Source: Methanobacteriota archaeon (lineage in GTDB: Archaea > Thermoplasmatota > Thermoplasmata > SG8-5 > JAGLSY01). Taken from it: DNA of 64,000 nucleotides. How positions within the stretch are numbered: position 1 is the first letter of the stretch; the number at the start of each line of letters is the position of its first letter. Of the stretch, positions 34,939-44,839 are shown in pieces. The DNA lies in contig JAEHCO010000001.1 in assembly GCA_020697715.1 (NCBI GenBank), positions 98,394-162,393 on the forward strand, read 5' to 3'. The notes under the pieces are model-generated. The model saw only the letters and a list, made by a program, of their open reading frames with translations, was not told where the DNA came from and ran no database searches. Made by a program: the position numbers and the translations under genes.

Positions 34939-37056
34939 ATGGAAACCATAACTCAGATGGAAAAGATGTTCGCACCCACCTCGGTGGCCATTATCGGAGC
35001 ATCGGGCAGAGAAGGGAGTATCGGCTACAGTCTTGTGATGAATCTTGTGAGTGGAGGCTTCAAGGGCGATGTCTTCCCTATCAATCCAAGATATGATTCT
35101 GTTTACGATCTCAAGTGCTATGATTCGATAACCAACCTGCCGATCGTGCCGGATCTGACATTACTGGCGGTTCCTGCGAATGTGTCAAATGACACGATCA
35201 AACAAGCATGTGAACACGGCTGCCGCATGTTCATCAATATCGCATCCGGATTTGCAGAGGTCGGGCGCCGCGATCTGGAATGGGATATGAAAGACATTCT
35301 GGAAAAGTATGGGGCCAGAATGTTGGGGCCCAATGTTTTTGGAGTTTATTCCGCCAAGGCCAGTATGAACGCCACCTTCGGGCCTTCGGTTGTCAAGCCT
35401 GGTAATGTTGGCTTGATCTCGCAGAGCGGGGCACTTGGTGTGGCGCTGATGGGGAAAACTGTCACTGAAGGGATCGGTCTTTCAGCAGTGGTCAGCCTTG
35501 GTAACAAGGCCGATATTTCGGAGTGCGAAGCACTCGAGTACCTGGGCAATGACGATATCACGGAAGTTATTTTTCTTTATTTAGAGGGGTCGAAGGACGG
35601 TCGCAGGCTGATGGACATCGCGAAGAAGGTGTCCATGAAGAAGCCGATAATCGCTATAAAATCTGGGAGCTCCGCTCGCGGTGCTCTAGCTGCTGCTTCC
35701 CACACAGGCTCCCTCGCGGGCTCGGATAAGATATTCAGTGCCGCACTAGAGCAAGCTGGTATCCTACGTGCTCTAAATCTTGAGGATGGCTTTGGATGGT
35801 TGAGGGCCATGGCGGAGGTTCCGATACCAAGTATGGATGGAGCCGTCATAGTCACCAATGGTGGTGGCATTGGTGTTATTTCCTCTGATTCCGCAGAAAG
35901 ATACGGGGTCAGGCTGATGGATGATACGAAAATGCTTGAAGAGCTCTTCCGCCCCACGATGCCTTCCTATGGAAGCACGAAGAATCCCATTGACATCACT
36001 GGCCAGGGCAAGAACAAGGAATATGAGATGGCACTGGACATCGCGCTTGAGGATGATCGAATACCGGCGATCGTCGGGCTTTATTGTCAAACTGCGACCG
36101 GTGACCCGACGGAGATCGCTGATGCGGCCATATCCAGTATCAGGAAGGCTAAAAAGAAGAAACCTATTGTATTTTCCATGGTCGGTGGCAAGGGAATAGC
36201 AGAATCCATAGCGAGATTGAATATGGCCGGAATTCCCAGTTATGCCTCACCAGATGGAGCCATGTCCGCCATGGGCGCTCTGTATAAGAGGTTCAGACGG
36301 CTGAAAGTGAAGAGTGAGGAGCCAGAAGAGTTCGACATGGACATTGAGAAGATCAAGGGCATAGTGAAAAAGACCTGGGATACTGGAATGTCCAGCCTGA
36401 CGGAGGATGATTGTAATCTGATCCTGAGGGAAGCTGGACTGTCCTTCCCCAAATCCGAGATAGCGAAGGATCTGAAGGAAGCGAAGAAGGTGGCCAATGA
36501 GATCGGCTATCCAGTGGTGATGAAGATCCTTTCCCCGGATATCCTGCACAAGACGGAATTTGGAGGAGTGCGTCTTGATCTGGAGGACGACGAGGAGCTG
36601 GAAGTGGCCTATGAGTCCATCATGGCCAGTGTTCGCAATCGGTTTGAAAAGGCTCGTGTGAACGGTGTATTGATAACCGAGATGGTGAAGGATTGTACAG
36701 AGATGATCCTGGGTTTCTCTCAAGATCCGTCCTTCGGGCCTGTCATTATGTTCGGAATGGGAGGCATATATGTCGAGATCCTTCAGGACGTGGCTTTCAG
36801 AGTGGCACCAGTATCGAAGCTTGAGATAACGGGCATGATACAGGAAATAAGCTCATACCCGATCTTGGCCGGAGCAAGAGGCAAGAATCTGCGAGATATC
36901 GAGGCATTGGCCGATGCAGTTTCAAGAATATCATATTTATCCACCCATGTTCCAGAGATAGTGGAACTGGATATCAATCCTTTAATGGCAATGGACCAGG
37001 GAAAGGGATGCCTGGTCGTTGATTCCAGGATGACCATAAGAGGTGAAGTGAAATGA
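34939..37056 (+). CDS. acd: acetyl-CoA synthetase (ADP-forming), fused alpha/beta subunits (NDP-forming acyl-CoA synthetase family)
   Basis: N-terminal CoA-binding (VAIIGASGREGSIGY), CoA-ligase domain and C-terminal ATP-grasp (..GYPVVMKI.SPDILHKTEFGGV..). 705 aa. Confidence 0.85.
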   Translation: METITQMEKMFAPTSVAIIGASGREGSIGYSLVMNLVSGGFKGDVFPINPRYDSVYDLKCYDSITNLPIVPDLTLLAVPANVSNDTIKQACEHGCRMFINIASGFAEVGRRDLEWDMKDILEKYGARMLGPNVFGVYSAKASMNATFGPSVVKPGNVGLISQSGALGVALMGKTVTEGIGLSAVVSLGNKADISECEALEYLGNDDITEVIFLYLEGSKDGRRLMDIAKKVSMKKPIIAIKSGSSARGALAAASHTGSLAGSDKIFSAALEQAGILRALNLEDGFGWLRAMAEVPIPSMDGAVIVTNGGGIGVISSDSAERYGVRLMDDTKMLEELFRPTMPSYGSTKNPIDITGQGKNKEYEMALDIALEDDRIPAIVGLYCQTATGDPTEIADAAISSIRKAKKKKPIVFSMVGGKGIAESIARLNMAGIPSYASPDGAMSAMGALYKRFRRLKVKSEEPEEFDMDIEKIKGIVKKTWDTGMSSLTEDDCNLILREAGLSFPKSEIAKDLKEAKKVANEIGYPVVMKILSPDILHKTEFGGVRLDLEDDEELEVAYESIMASVRNRFEKARVNGVLITEMVKDCTEMILGFSQDPSFGPVIMFGMGGIYVEILQDVAFRVAPVSKLEITGMIQEISSYPILAGARGKNLRDIEALADAVSRISYLSTHVPEIVELDINPLMAMDQGKGCLVVDSRMTIRGEVK

Positions 37057-38093
37057 AAAAACTGATAATCACATCAACAAGGACTCATGCAGGGAAAACA
37101 ACGATAGGGACTGGAATCGCATTGAATTCAGATATGAAATGCGGTTATTTCAAGCCCCTTGGCGATAAGCCCGTGTACACGAAGAAGACACTTCTGGATC
37201 GAGACACCGAAGTGTTCAATGAGTGGTTGGGTCTCGATATCGACCCAAACGATTGTTGTATCGGCTTCGAGCATGAGAAGGTGAGCTCGTCCTGCAAGCT
37301 GGCAGGAGCAGATGAGACATTGAAAGAAAGGTTCGCGAATATATCCGAGGGTAAGGATATGATGATCATCGAAAGTGGAAGGAATTACACTTTCGGAAGC
37401 TCCCTCTGCATGGATGCGGATTCCCTGGGAAACACATTTGGCGGAGATATCATCCTTGTCGCGCAGGGAGATGCGAGATTGGTGATCGACAAGGTCATCG
37501 GGGCCGCCAAGGTATTCCGATCCACAGATTCCAAATTGGCCGGAGTCATCGTGAACAAGCTGAAAGATGAGGATAGGCAAATGCTGGATGATGAGATAAT
37601 TCCAGCATTGGAAGAGGAGAATATCGATTATCTGGGATACGTGCCTCATGCTATGGAGCTGGAAAAGGCCAAGGTATCTCTGGTAGTGGATAAACTGCAT
37701 GCCAAGCTGGTGGCAGGTGCCGGCGGCCTAGAAAAACAGATACAGAAGGTGATGGTCGGTGCTTTGAGTGCTGACGCGGCTCTGAGGATGCCCGCTTTCC
37801 AGAATGAGGGGAAGATGCTCATAACTGGCGGCGATCGGGTGGACCTCATACTTGTTTCACTGGCAGAAGATACTGCTGGTATCATACTCACGAACAATGT
37901 TCTACCTCATCCACGTATACTTTCAAAGGCCGATCAGCTGAATGTGCCAGTCATGTCCGTTCCTATGGACACTTACACGACAGCGAAGATGGTCGAGCAT
38001 ATAGTCGCGGAGCTGATGCCAGCTGATGAGGATAAGAAGGAACTTATTCGCAATCTTGTCAAGGAAAATGTCATGCTGGACAAAATATTATGA
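37053..38093 (+). CDS. phosphotransacetylase N-terminal-domain-like protein (BioD-like P-loop + DRTGG domain)
   Basis: N-terminal STRTHAGKTT P-loop of the BioD/CobQ type as found in Pta N-termini, and a C-terminal DRVDLILVSLAEDTAGIILTNN segment resembling the DRTGG domain. Overlaps the acd stop by 4 nt. Confidence 0.55.
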   Translation: MKKLIITSTRTHAGKTTIGTGIALNSDMKCGYFKPLGDKPVYTKKTLLDRDTEVFNEWLGLDIDPNDCCIGFEHEKVSSSCKLAGADETLKERFANISEGKDMMIIESGRNYTFGSSLCMDADSLGNTFGGDIILVAQGDARLVIDKVIGAAKVFRSTDSKLAGVIVNKLKDEDRQMLDDEIIPALEEENIDYLGYVPHAMELEKAKVSLVVDKLHAKLVAGAGGLEKQIQKVMVGALSADAALRMPAFQNEGKMLITGGDRVDLILVSLAEDTAGIILTNNVLPHPRILSKADQLNVPVMSVPMDTYTTAKMVEHIVAELMPADEDKKELIRNLVKENVMLDKIL

Positions 38094-38728
38094 TATACAA
38101 TAAGGAAAAAGTTGCAGAACTATTCGATGGTAAAGTGGAGCATATCGAAAACAGGCCTGATGATGCCATGTTCAAGCAGGTGGGTTCAAAGGCATTGGAA
38201 GCACTTGAATTGGAACCACAAGATATTCTTCTGGATGCTGGAACAGGAGCTGGGAGGAATGCGATCAAGGCCGCATTGTCATGTTCCAGGGTTATCGGCA
38301 TAGACATAAGCCACAAGAGTCTGGACAGAGCGAGGATCAAAGCCTCTGAAAAAGGCTTTGACAACCTGAAATTCCTGTATGGTTCCATCGAAGAACCAAA
38401 TGAAGATGCGGATCTTACTTCATATGGTATCAACAAGATCCTGGTCAATTACGCATTGCACCATTTGCCGGATGAATTGAAGAAGCAGGGATTGACAAAA
38501 CTGGCAGGTATGATGAAAAGACCTGGTAGGATGGTCATTGGTGATATCATGTTCTTCGAGAGCCCGGAAAAACATGATAGTAAATTCGAAGAAGTCGGAT
38601 ACGATGGTGGAGAGCATGATTTTCCATCCAGCATGGAATTCCTGAGAGAGGCACTTGAAGAACTGGGAGCGAATGTCAGAGTGGAGAGATTGCATCCACT
38701 GGCTGGTGTGATGATCGCGGACTTTTAA
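38090..38728 (+). CDS. class I SAM-dependent methyltransferase
   Basis: Motif I ILLDAGTGAGRNAI and motif II/post-I VIGIDIS. 4-nt overlap with the upstream gene. Confidence 0.7.
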   Translation: MIYNKEKVAELFDGKVEHIENRPDDAMFKQVGSKALEALELEPQDILLDAGTGAGRNAIKAALSCSRVIGIDISHKSLDRARIKASEKGFDNLKFLYGSIEEPNEDADLTSYGINKILVNYALHHLPDELKKQGLTKLAGMMKRPGRMVIGDIMFFESPEKHDSKFEEVGYDGGEHDFPSSMEFLREALEELGANVRVERLHPLAGVMIADF

Positions 38729-38837
38729 CTATCAGTATTACTATCATTAATTAGATCTGTAAAGTATTACCTATTTTAGTATTATAAGAACAATTAGTTT
38801 GAACAACTAATCAACTATTGTGATATAGAGGATGTAA

Positions 38838-40703
38838 TTACTTCACTACGGGATTTGTCCTCAGCCAGTCTATGTCAGATACATACAATTTCCTGATATC
38901 TTTCAGGTTAAGAAGTGCCATGACCAGTCTTTCAAGACCAAGTCCCCAGGCAAGTACCGGATGCTCGACGCCGAAGGGCGCGACGACCTCTGGGCGGAAT
39001 ATTCCAGCTCCACCAAGCTCCATCCAATTACCATGATGTCTGATCTCCGGCTCGATGCTTGGCTCCGTGTATGGGAAGTAACCTGGTCGCAAGCGTATGT
39101 CATCAACTCCCATTCTGTGATAGAACTCCTTGATCAGGCCTGCCAGCATGTCCATATTAGCTCCCTCTTCCATCACGATGCCTTCGATCTGAATGAACTC
39201 CGGTAGATGCGTAGCGTCCACCGCCTCCTTCCTGAACACACGGCCTATGCTGAATACCTTGGTCGGGGGGTTGGGATTGTCCCTGAGATAGCTGATCGTA
39301 TTCACAGTGGTGTGGGTTCGGAGCAAGGCTTTCTCTGCCTCGCTGGCCTTCCAATCATATCCCCAGCCATCAGAAAGCTCATCACCTTTTTCGTGCATGG
39401 TCTTGATCTTCTCCACCATGGCCGGGTCCGGTAATGGCATCGTTGATGGTGACTTGAGGTAAAGAGTGTCATGAAGCTCCCTTGCGGGGTGATCCTGGGC
39501 AGTGAACAACGCGTCCATGTTCCAGAAGGCTGAATGGACGTAATCGCTCTCAATCTCCGTAAAGCCCATGTCTAGGAATATCCTACGGATCATGTCAATG
39601 TACTGCTGAAGGGGATGTCTACGGCCACCGTGGATGTTCGGAGCGAAGGCATCCACGTCATAGGGCCTTATGCTTCCAGTCTTCCAACTACCGTCCTTTA
39701 TCATGTCCTGAGTGAGCTGGGAAATATCATCTCCCAGATCCAGACCGGCATCCACAATGTCCTTGCCCATGGGTGTTAATTTCATCTGGCGTGTGACCAC
39801 TTCCCTCTCCACAAGGATGTCCTGTCTCTTCTTCAACTGATCGATGACATCCATATCCAATTGGCTGGCTGGTATCTCGGCACCGGCCAGTTCTTCTATC
39901 AATAGTTCATCCTTGCCTTTCTTGGTTATGTGGTCCCTGCCTATCTCGGTGAGCTCCAGGATAGTGTCATCCCCGCTCTTCTGAATATTGATCCAGGCCT
40001 TTCTCTTGAGCCACCCCATTGAGATCGAAACTTCTTCATTTCTCAATTTCTTCGAGGCTCTCAGTTCGTCCACCGTGATGGAGCCATGGTTCTTGTCTAT
40101 TAGCTTGAGTGCCCTTCTCTCGGGAAGATCAACACCCGCCAATCTCTTTGATGAAAGGGAGTAGAAATATTCTATTCTTTCATCCATGGTGATAAGTGAT
40201 TTGGATTTCAGCCATGAAGATGAGTTCATAACATCCACCATGGTCATCATGCTGGATCGGAGATCGGAGCTTTCTTCGGACTTCAGTGTCTTTGCAACTG
40301 CTGGCTTGATATCACCAAGCACCCTGCCGATGATCTTCCTCTGTAGTGGGACATCGAGATCGACCAGTATATGAGATAGATGTTTGATCAGTATGACCAG
40401 CATCTCCGCATCTTTTTGTTTCTCATTTTCTGGCTTTATGGAGGCTAGATCCATCATCAACTCCGATATCTTACTATCGCCCAATGATCTGTCATAATCA
40501 TCAAGGATCGAGTTCAACTGATCCTTCAGTATGGAAGTTAGCTCATTGAGGCTATCTGGTAAAGCCTGCTCTATTATGGCCTCTGGCGTAGCTTCTCCTC
40601 CCAATTGAGAAATAGCTACCAGCACTCGCTTTTCACTTTGGCTCAGTTCGTATTTCAGCCCTGAGCTTCCTTCTCCGGTCATCCTATGGTGATTGCAGTC
40701 CAT
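38838..40703 (-). CDS. pheS: phenylalanyl-tRNA synthetase alpha subunit
   Basis: Class II motif 3 GLGLERLVMALL at the C-terminus, archaeal/eukaryal-type N-terminal winged-helix extension, ~600 aa. The true start may be an internal Met. Confidence 0.85.
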   Translation of the reverse strand: MDCNHHRMTGEGSSGLKYELSQSEKRVLVAISQLGGEATPEAIIEQALPDSLNELTSILKDQLNSILDDYDRSLGDSKISELMMDLASIKPENEKQKDAEMLVILIKHLSHILVDLDVPLQRKIIGRVLGDIKPAVAKTLKSEESSDLRSSMMTMVDVMNSSSWLKSKSLITMDERIEYFYSLSSKRLAGVDLPERRALKLIDKNHGSITVDELRASKKLRNEEVSISMGWLKRKAWINIQKSGDDTILELTEIGRDHITKKGKDELLIEELAGAEIPASQLDMDVIDQLKKRQDILVEREVVTRQMKLTPMGKDIVDAGLDLGDDISQLTQDMIKDGSWKTGSIRPYDVDAFAPNIHGGRRHPLQQYIDMIRRIFLDMGFTEIESDYVHSAFWNMDALFTAQDHPARELHDTLYLKSPSTMPLPDPAMVEKIKTMHEKGDELSDGWGYDWKASEAEKALLRTHTTVNTISYLRDNPNPPTKVFSIGRVFRKEAVDATHLPEFIQIEGIVMEEGANMDMLAGLIKEFYHRMGVDDIRLRPGYFPYTEPSIEPEIRHHGNWMELGGAGIFRPEVVAPFGVEHPVLAWGLGLERLVMALLNLKDIRKLYVSDIDWLRTNPVVK

Positions 40704-41275
40704 AATAAAATCCTTTTGAACGATTCGGGCATGTATTGCATTTACAATTTGTAGGTTTTTGTAGATGAATTAAACTTAATAAAATACATGAAGTTCAAAA
40801 TTCAAGCAGGCATATGAAAAATATCATAAATCAATAAAATATATTGAAAAAATATGAAAAATACACAAATTGATATCAGAATCATAGAAATCAAGAGGTT
40901 GATTTAGAGAGAATTACTAATGGATATTAACAATACTTATATACCCGTAGTGACAAGGTTTATATACCCCCGTGAGAATGTCTACGTATACAAAATGTAT
41001 GCAGAACGTATGAGGTGTGAAAAATGCTCTACAGAGAAAGAAATCAGGTGGAAAAGATACGAAATACCACTGTAGAGACTTCCAGCACCGACGAATGCTT
41101 CGATGAGGACTTCGTTGTGTGTTTGAAAAATGCTTTGAAAATAATGGAAGCAAAACAGTAGTGGAAAGTGGTAGAAAATGGCAGCCATAAAGATAAATTC
41201 AAAAAATAAAAGCGAGACGATCATGCTCCAGACCAGTCTGGGCATTGTGAATGAGATCTACGCTGGAAACAATAA

Positions 41276-41491
41276 ATGGCTGAAGTCCAAGATGGATGGC
41301 ACAAGTGCCATGCGCTGGACACCGATAAATGCAGAAATGGAGGATTCGCTATGATGTACGGTGAGGGAGATATCATGGAAGAAGAATTCTGTCAATGCAT
41401 AAACTGCCGGCTTGCCAGGATGGAAAAGCAAATATCCGCCATCCAGGATGATTTCCAAAAGCTCATGGACACCTCGAATAATAGGATCTGA
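41276..41491 (+). CDS. hypothetical small Cys-containing protein (71 aa)
   Basis: ORF ending 27 nt before a strong hairpin+T7 terminator. Contains CHALDTDKC and CQCINC. Overlaps a 58-aa alternative-frame ORF (41178-41354), so only one of the two may be real. Confidence 0.3.
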   Translation: MAEVQDGWHKCHALDTDKCRNGGFAMMYGEGDIMEEEFCQCINCRLARMEKQISAIQDDFQKLMDTSNNRI

Positions 41492-41519
41492 TCACAAATC
41501 ACGATTACTCTTCCCCCAC

Positions 41520-41553
41520 GAGGTTGGGTACAGCCCAACCTCACCCTTTTTTT
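41520..41553 (+). terminator. intrinsic-terminator-like hairpin GAGGTTGGG-tacag-CCCAACCTC followed by ACCC TTTTTTT
   Basis: Perfect 9-bp stem then a T7 run, seen directly. Confidence 0.5.
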
Positions 41554-42051
41554 GTATTAACTATCAGACCTTGAATTGTTGAATCATATATTTGTACCTG
41601 GTCTGAAAGTTCATATCCAAGGCCATGGAGCAAATACTATGATGAGGATATAATTGGAATCGTATTAGCTATTCTAATCGCTAGTGAAATATAGAATAAA
41701 GGCGATTAGAAAGCCCAAGCTCGCAGTAATATATTCTATAAAAGTTAAGTTGGCTATTACTCTATGTTGCATTGGCTATTACACTTTACTACAATATTAC
41801 GCTTTCTTCCCAGACACTTGAAATTCCTAGATCTTCATTTCTTCATCCATATAAGTTTGGCAATTACGGCAGGCTAAAATCTTATCTTTAAATATATCAC
41901 AATCGTCTACAGAGCACATCTATCCCATCTCCGAAGGTGTATTGCAAATACAGGATATATAAATTTTGGTTTGTATAATAAAGAGAAGATTATTTTATCC
42001 AGGGATGACCCAGTCTAGTGTATGGACTTGATCATCCCGGGATATTCACGA

Positions 42052-43623
42052 TCAGTTTCCGAAGAAGCCTCTCATGACAGGATGCATTTCCATCATCTGT
42101 TCTCTGCCAATAGCCTCGTAGGTCTGTATCATGATACCGACAGCGAGCAGCACACCCGTACCACTACTGTTACCTACAGTTCCAAGTAGATCTGCAAAGG
42201 CCGCAAGGGCACCCACAATGGCACCACTTAACACGGTGACCACTGGTATATACCTCTCAAGGACCTTCTTCAATATTCTTGGATCACGCCTGAATCCAGG
42301 TATCTGCATACCGCTTCCCTGGATCTGTTCCGCGACTGATTCCGGACCCATATTTGTGGTATCTATCCAGAACTTGGCGAAGAGAATGGAACCGAATATC
42401 ATGGTTCCCATGTAAGTGAATATACGTATCAACACCTGTAAAGCACTCTTCCCGGGCGGAAGATAGCCATCATTGAACAATGGCAATAGCCAGTCCGGTA
42501 TTCCTTGTATGGTCGATAGATACCACGCAAGACCACCAGATGGTGATGATGCTCCCTCCAGATAATATCCAAGGGCAGGATTATGTCCTAGCAATGGTAA
42601 GTCTGAGAAGAAAGGATTTGACCAGAACAACATTGCGAACATACTGACATTAGCAAGAACTGCCGCTATCAATATAACAGGAATATTAGATGCATAGATC
42701 AATTTTATCGGATATCTGCCTCTGGCTCCTCTCGCACTCTCATGAGCCAAAGGAAGTTCTATTCTCATTGATTCCGCATATGCCACGAAAAGGAATATGA
42801 CTATAGTTCCGATCAAAGCGATGATCGGATTCGGTGGAGCAATTAGCAATTGCTGATAGTAGCCACTATTAGTCATCCCCGAAGCGGGGATATGTGTTAG
42901 GAAATAGATAGTCTTGGGTATAGTTCCTGCAGGTGGGTTTGCGATACTGGGGGCCATCGACGTATCTATAGGCAACCAATTGAGAGTTCCCGTGAACATC
43001 TGTTGAGCCACACCAGCTGCTATGAACAAACTGATACCACTTCCAACTCCCCATTTTGAAACTGTTTCATCCATGAGGAACACGAGATAACTGCCGAAAC
43101 AAAGCTGAATGATGATGACCAGCATGGCTAAAGTATTACCTTGACCAGACCAGACTCCGTCCATACCTGATATTAAATTATCAGATGGAACAAGATAACC
43201 ATACACCTGTGGAACTGCCTCCACAATGATCATCACTATGACAAGGAGCTTCTGGAATCCCTGATAAACTGCCTTGTCCTCTTCATCGGTCAGATCCAAT
43301 TTGATGATCTTAGCACCGACAAAAAGCTGCATTATGATAGATCCAGTAACAATTGGACCGATACCAAGGTGCATTAATGAACCCTGGGCTCCAGCCATGA
43401 TCGTACGATAGCTCGCAAATAGATCTATGGTGTTCTCCTGATCAAGTCCATAGATCATCACATTTGTTAATATGAAATATAATACGAGGATCAAAACGAG
43501 CCACATCATCTTAGTTCTAAAATGAACGTGGCCTTCTGGCTGGCTCACAGCAGGCAATCTGTCTGTGATCGGTTTGAAAGCGTATAACATGCTTTTTTTG
43601 TCGTCATCGGCCATAATGATCAC
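42052..43623 (-). CDS. secY: preprotein translocase subunit SecY
   Basis: 10-TM protein with conserved SecY segments (GIGPIVTGSIIMQLF, plug/TM2 region) at the end of the spc cluster. Confidence 0.9.
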   Translation of the reverse strand: MIIMADDDKKSMLYAFKPITDRLPAVSQPEGHVHFRTKMMWLVLILVLYFILTNVMIYGLDQENTIDLFASYRTIMAGAQGSLMHLGIGPIVTGSIIMQLFVGAKIIKLDLTDEEDKAVYQGFQKLLVIVMIIVEAVPQVYGYLVPSDNLISGMDGVWSGQGNTLAMLVIIIQLCFGSYLVFLMDETVSKWGVGSGISLFIAAGVAQQMFTGTLNWLPIDTSMAPSIANPPAGTIPKTIYFLTHIPASGMTNSGYYQQLLIAPPNPIIALIGTIVIFLFVAYAESMRIELPLAHESARGARGRYPIKLIYASNIPVILIAAVLANVSMFAMLFWSNPFFSDLPLLGHNPALGYYLEGASSPSGGLAWYLSTIQGIPDWLLPLFNDGYLPPGKSALQVLIRIFTYMGTMIFGSILFAKFWIDTTNMGPESVAEQIQGSGMQIPGFRRDPRILKKVLERYIPVVTVLSGAIVGALAAFADLLGTVGNSSGTGVLLAVGIMIQTYEAIGREQMMEMHPVMRGFFGN

Positions 43624-43637
43624 TGATCTCTATATTT

Positions 43638-44099
43638 TTATTCTGTATCATCGGTTGAGTCCGTCTCGTCATCTTCGAGAATCTTGACCTCACCGCCGGC
43701 TGTCTCGATCTTACTGACAGCCTTTTCTGTTGCTTCATCGACCATCACGATGATCTTGGCACTTACTCTTCCTGTGCCGAGAAGCTTATCGATCCCTATC
43801 TTCTGAAGGTTGATGGTGTATTTATCATCCTTCTTAGCAGCCTCACCGGATGCGACGAATGCATCCAAGTTCTCCATCAGGTCACCCACATTAATGGTGT
43901 TTGGCCTGAGATAAAGGCTTGGATCCCTTCTCATTCCATGTCGGCCGAAATAGTCTGGGTGGTATTTAACAGTAGTTATGTACTTATGTTTATGCAGACC
44001 AGCTTGACCTCTTCCGCCTCTCTTTCCAGCTCCTCTTCCGGCTTTCTTACCGCGGCCATGGGTTCTGCTACCTCTATGTTTCTCGCACTTTCTACTCAT
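43638..44099 (-). CDS. rpl15: 50S ribosomal protein uL15
   Basis: Gly/Arg-rich N-terminus HRGSRTHGRGKKAGRGAGKRGGRG and position between L30 and SecY. Confidence 0.85.
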   Translation of the reverse strand: MSRKCEKHRGSRTHGRGKKAGRGAGKRGGRGQAGLHKHKYITTVKYHPDYFGRHGMRRDPSLYLRPNTINVGDLMENLDAFVASGEAAKKDDKYTINLQKIGIDKLLGTGRVSAKIIVMVDEATEKAVSKIETAGGEVKILEDDETDSTDDTE

Positions 44100-44839
44100 T
44101 CGGCATCACCTTTCTTTTCTGCTGGCTTTGCTTTAGGCGCTGTTTTTGGTGTAGCCTTTGGCGCGGCCTTCTTAACTGGAGCCTTTGTCTCTTCTTTGGC
44201 AGCCACTTTCTTTACAGGAGCGGCTTTCTTTGCCACTGGTTTCTTCTCAGTTACAGGTTCCTTCTTTGCAGCCACTTTCTTCACAGGCTTAGGCTTGTCA
44301 GCTACTACTTTTTTAGCTGCTGGCTTTGCTTTAGGTGCGGCTTTGGGTGCGGCCTTTGGCGAGGCTTCCGGTCCCAGCATACGAAGTACGAGGTCATTGA
44401 TATTATCGCCTCGGTATCCCAGTGCGCCTCCGACATTGTAAGCTCTCTTAATGCCTTCATAGCCTTTTATTGGTGGGTGAAGCCTGAATAATGGCTTCAC
44501 ATTCTCAAGGCTGGAATACCTGAGCTTACCGTTGACCACGGCCTTTGAAAAGTCCAAAGGTGTTTCAAATTCTGTATTGGATTTGATGTATGCGGGGGAT
44601 ATTGTACTGCCGCCTTCCAATCGTCCTCTGGTGAGGATCATTCTTGCCAATACCTCTGGCTTGATCTCTCCCCAGGTGACATAATCCTTAACTTTCTGAA
44701 GCATACCCTTGGTTATAGCATCTTCATGAAGTATTATGCAATGGTTCACCCTGTTCAAACGCAATAGTTCGAGGGTGCGCCTGATATCCTTGCGGATATT
44801 GATCAGGCTTCTGACCTGTATGACAGCATGGGTCTTCAT
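44096..44839 (-). CDS. rpl30: 50S ribosomal protein uL30 with ~90-aa Lys/Ala/Pro-rich C-terminal extension
   Basis: N-terminal 155 aa match uL30 (AVIQVRS..NIRKDIRRTLELLRLNRVNHC...MLQKVKDYVTWGE). The tail is PKAAPKAAPKAKPAAKKVV... Confidence 0.8.
   Translation of the reverse strand: MKTHAVIQVRSLINIRKDIRRTLELLRLNRVNHCIILHEDAITKGMLQKVKDYVTWGEIKPEVLARMILTRGRLEGGSTISPAYIKSNTEFETPLDFSKAVVNGKLRYSSLENVKPLFRLHPPIKGYEGIKRAYNVGGALGYRGDNINDLVLRMLGPEASPKAAPKAAPKAKPAAKKVVADKPKPVKKVAAKKEPVTEKKPVAKKAAPVKKVAAKEETKAPVKKAAPKATPKTAPKAKPAEKKGDAE

Noticed and set aside
42052-43623. Possibility that the 523-aa SecY ORF is over-extended at the N-terminus
   Set aside because: It could not be resolved by eye. MADDDKKSM... 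precedes the first TM, and an internal Met (MLYAF or MMWLV) may be the real start. The track coordinates were kept.
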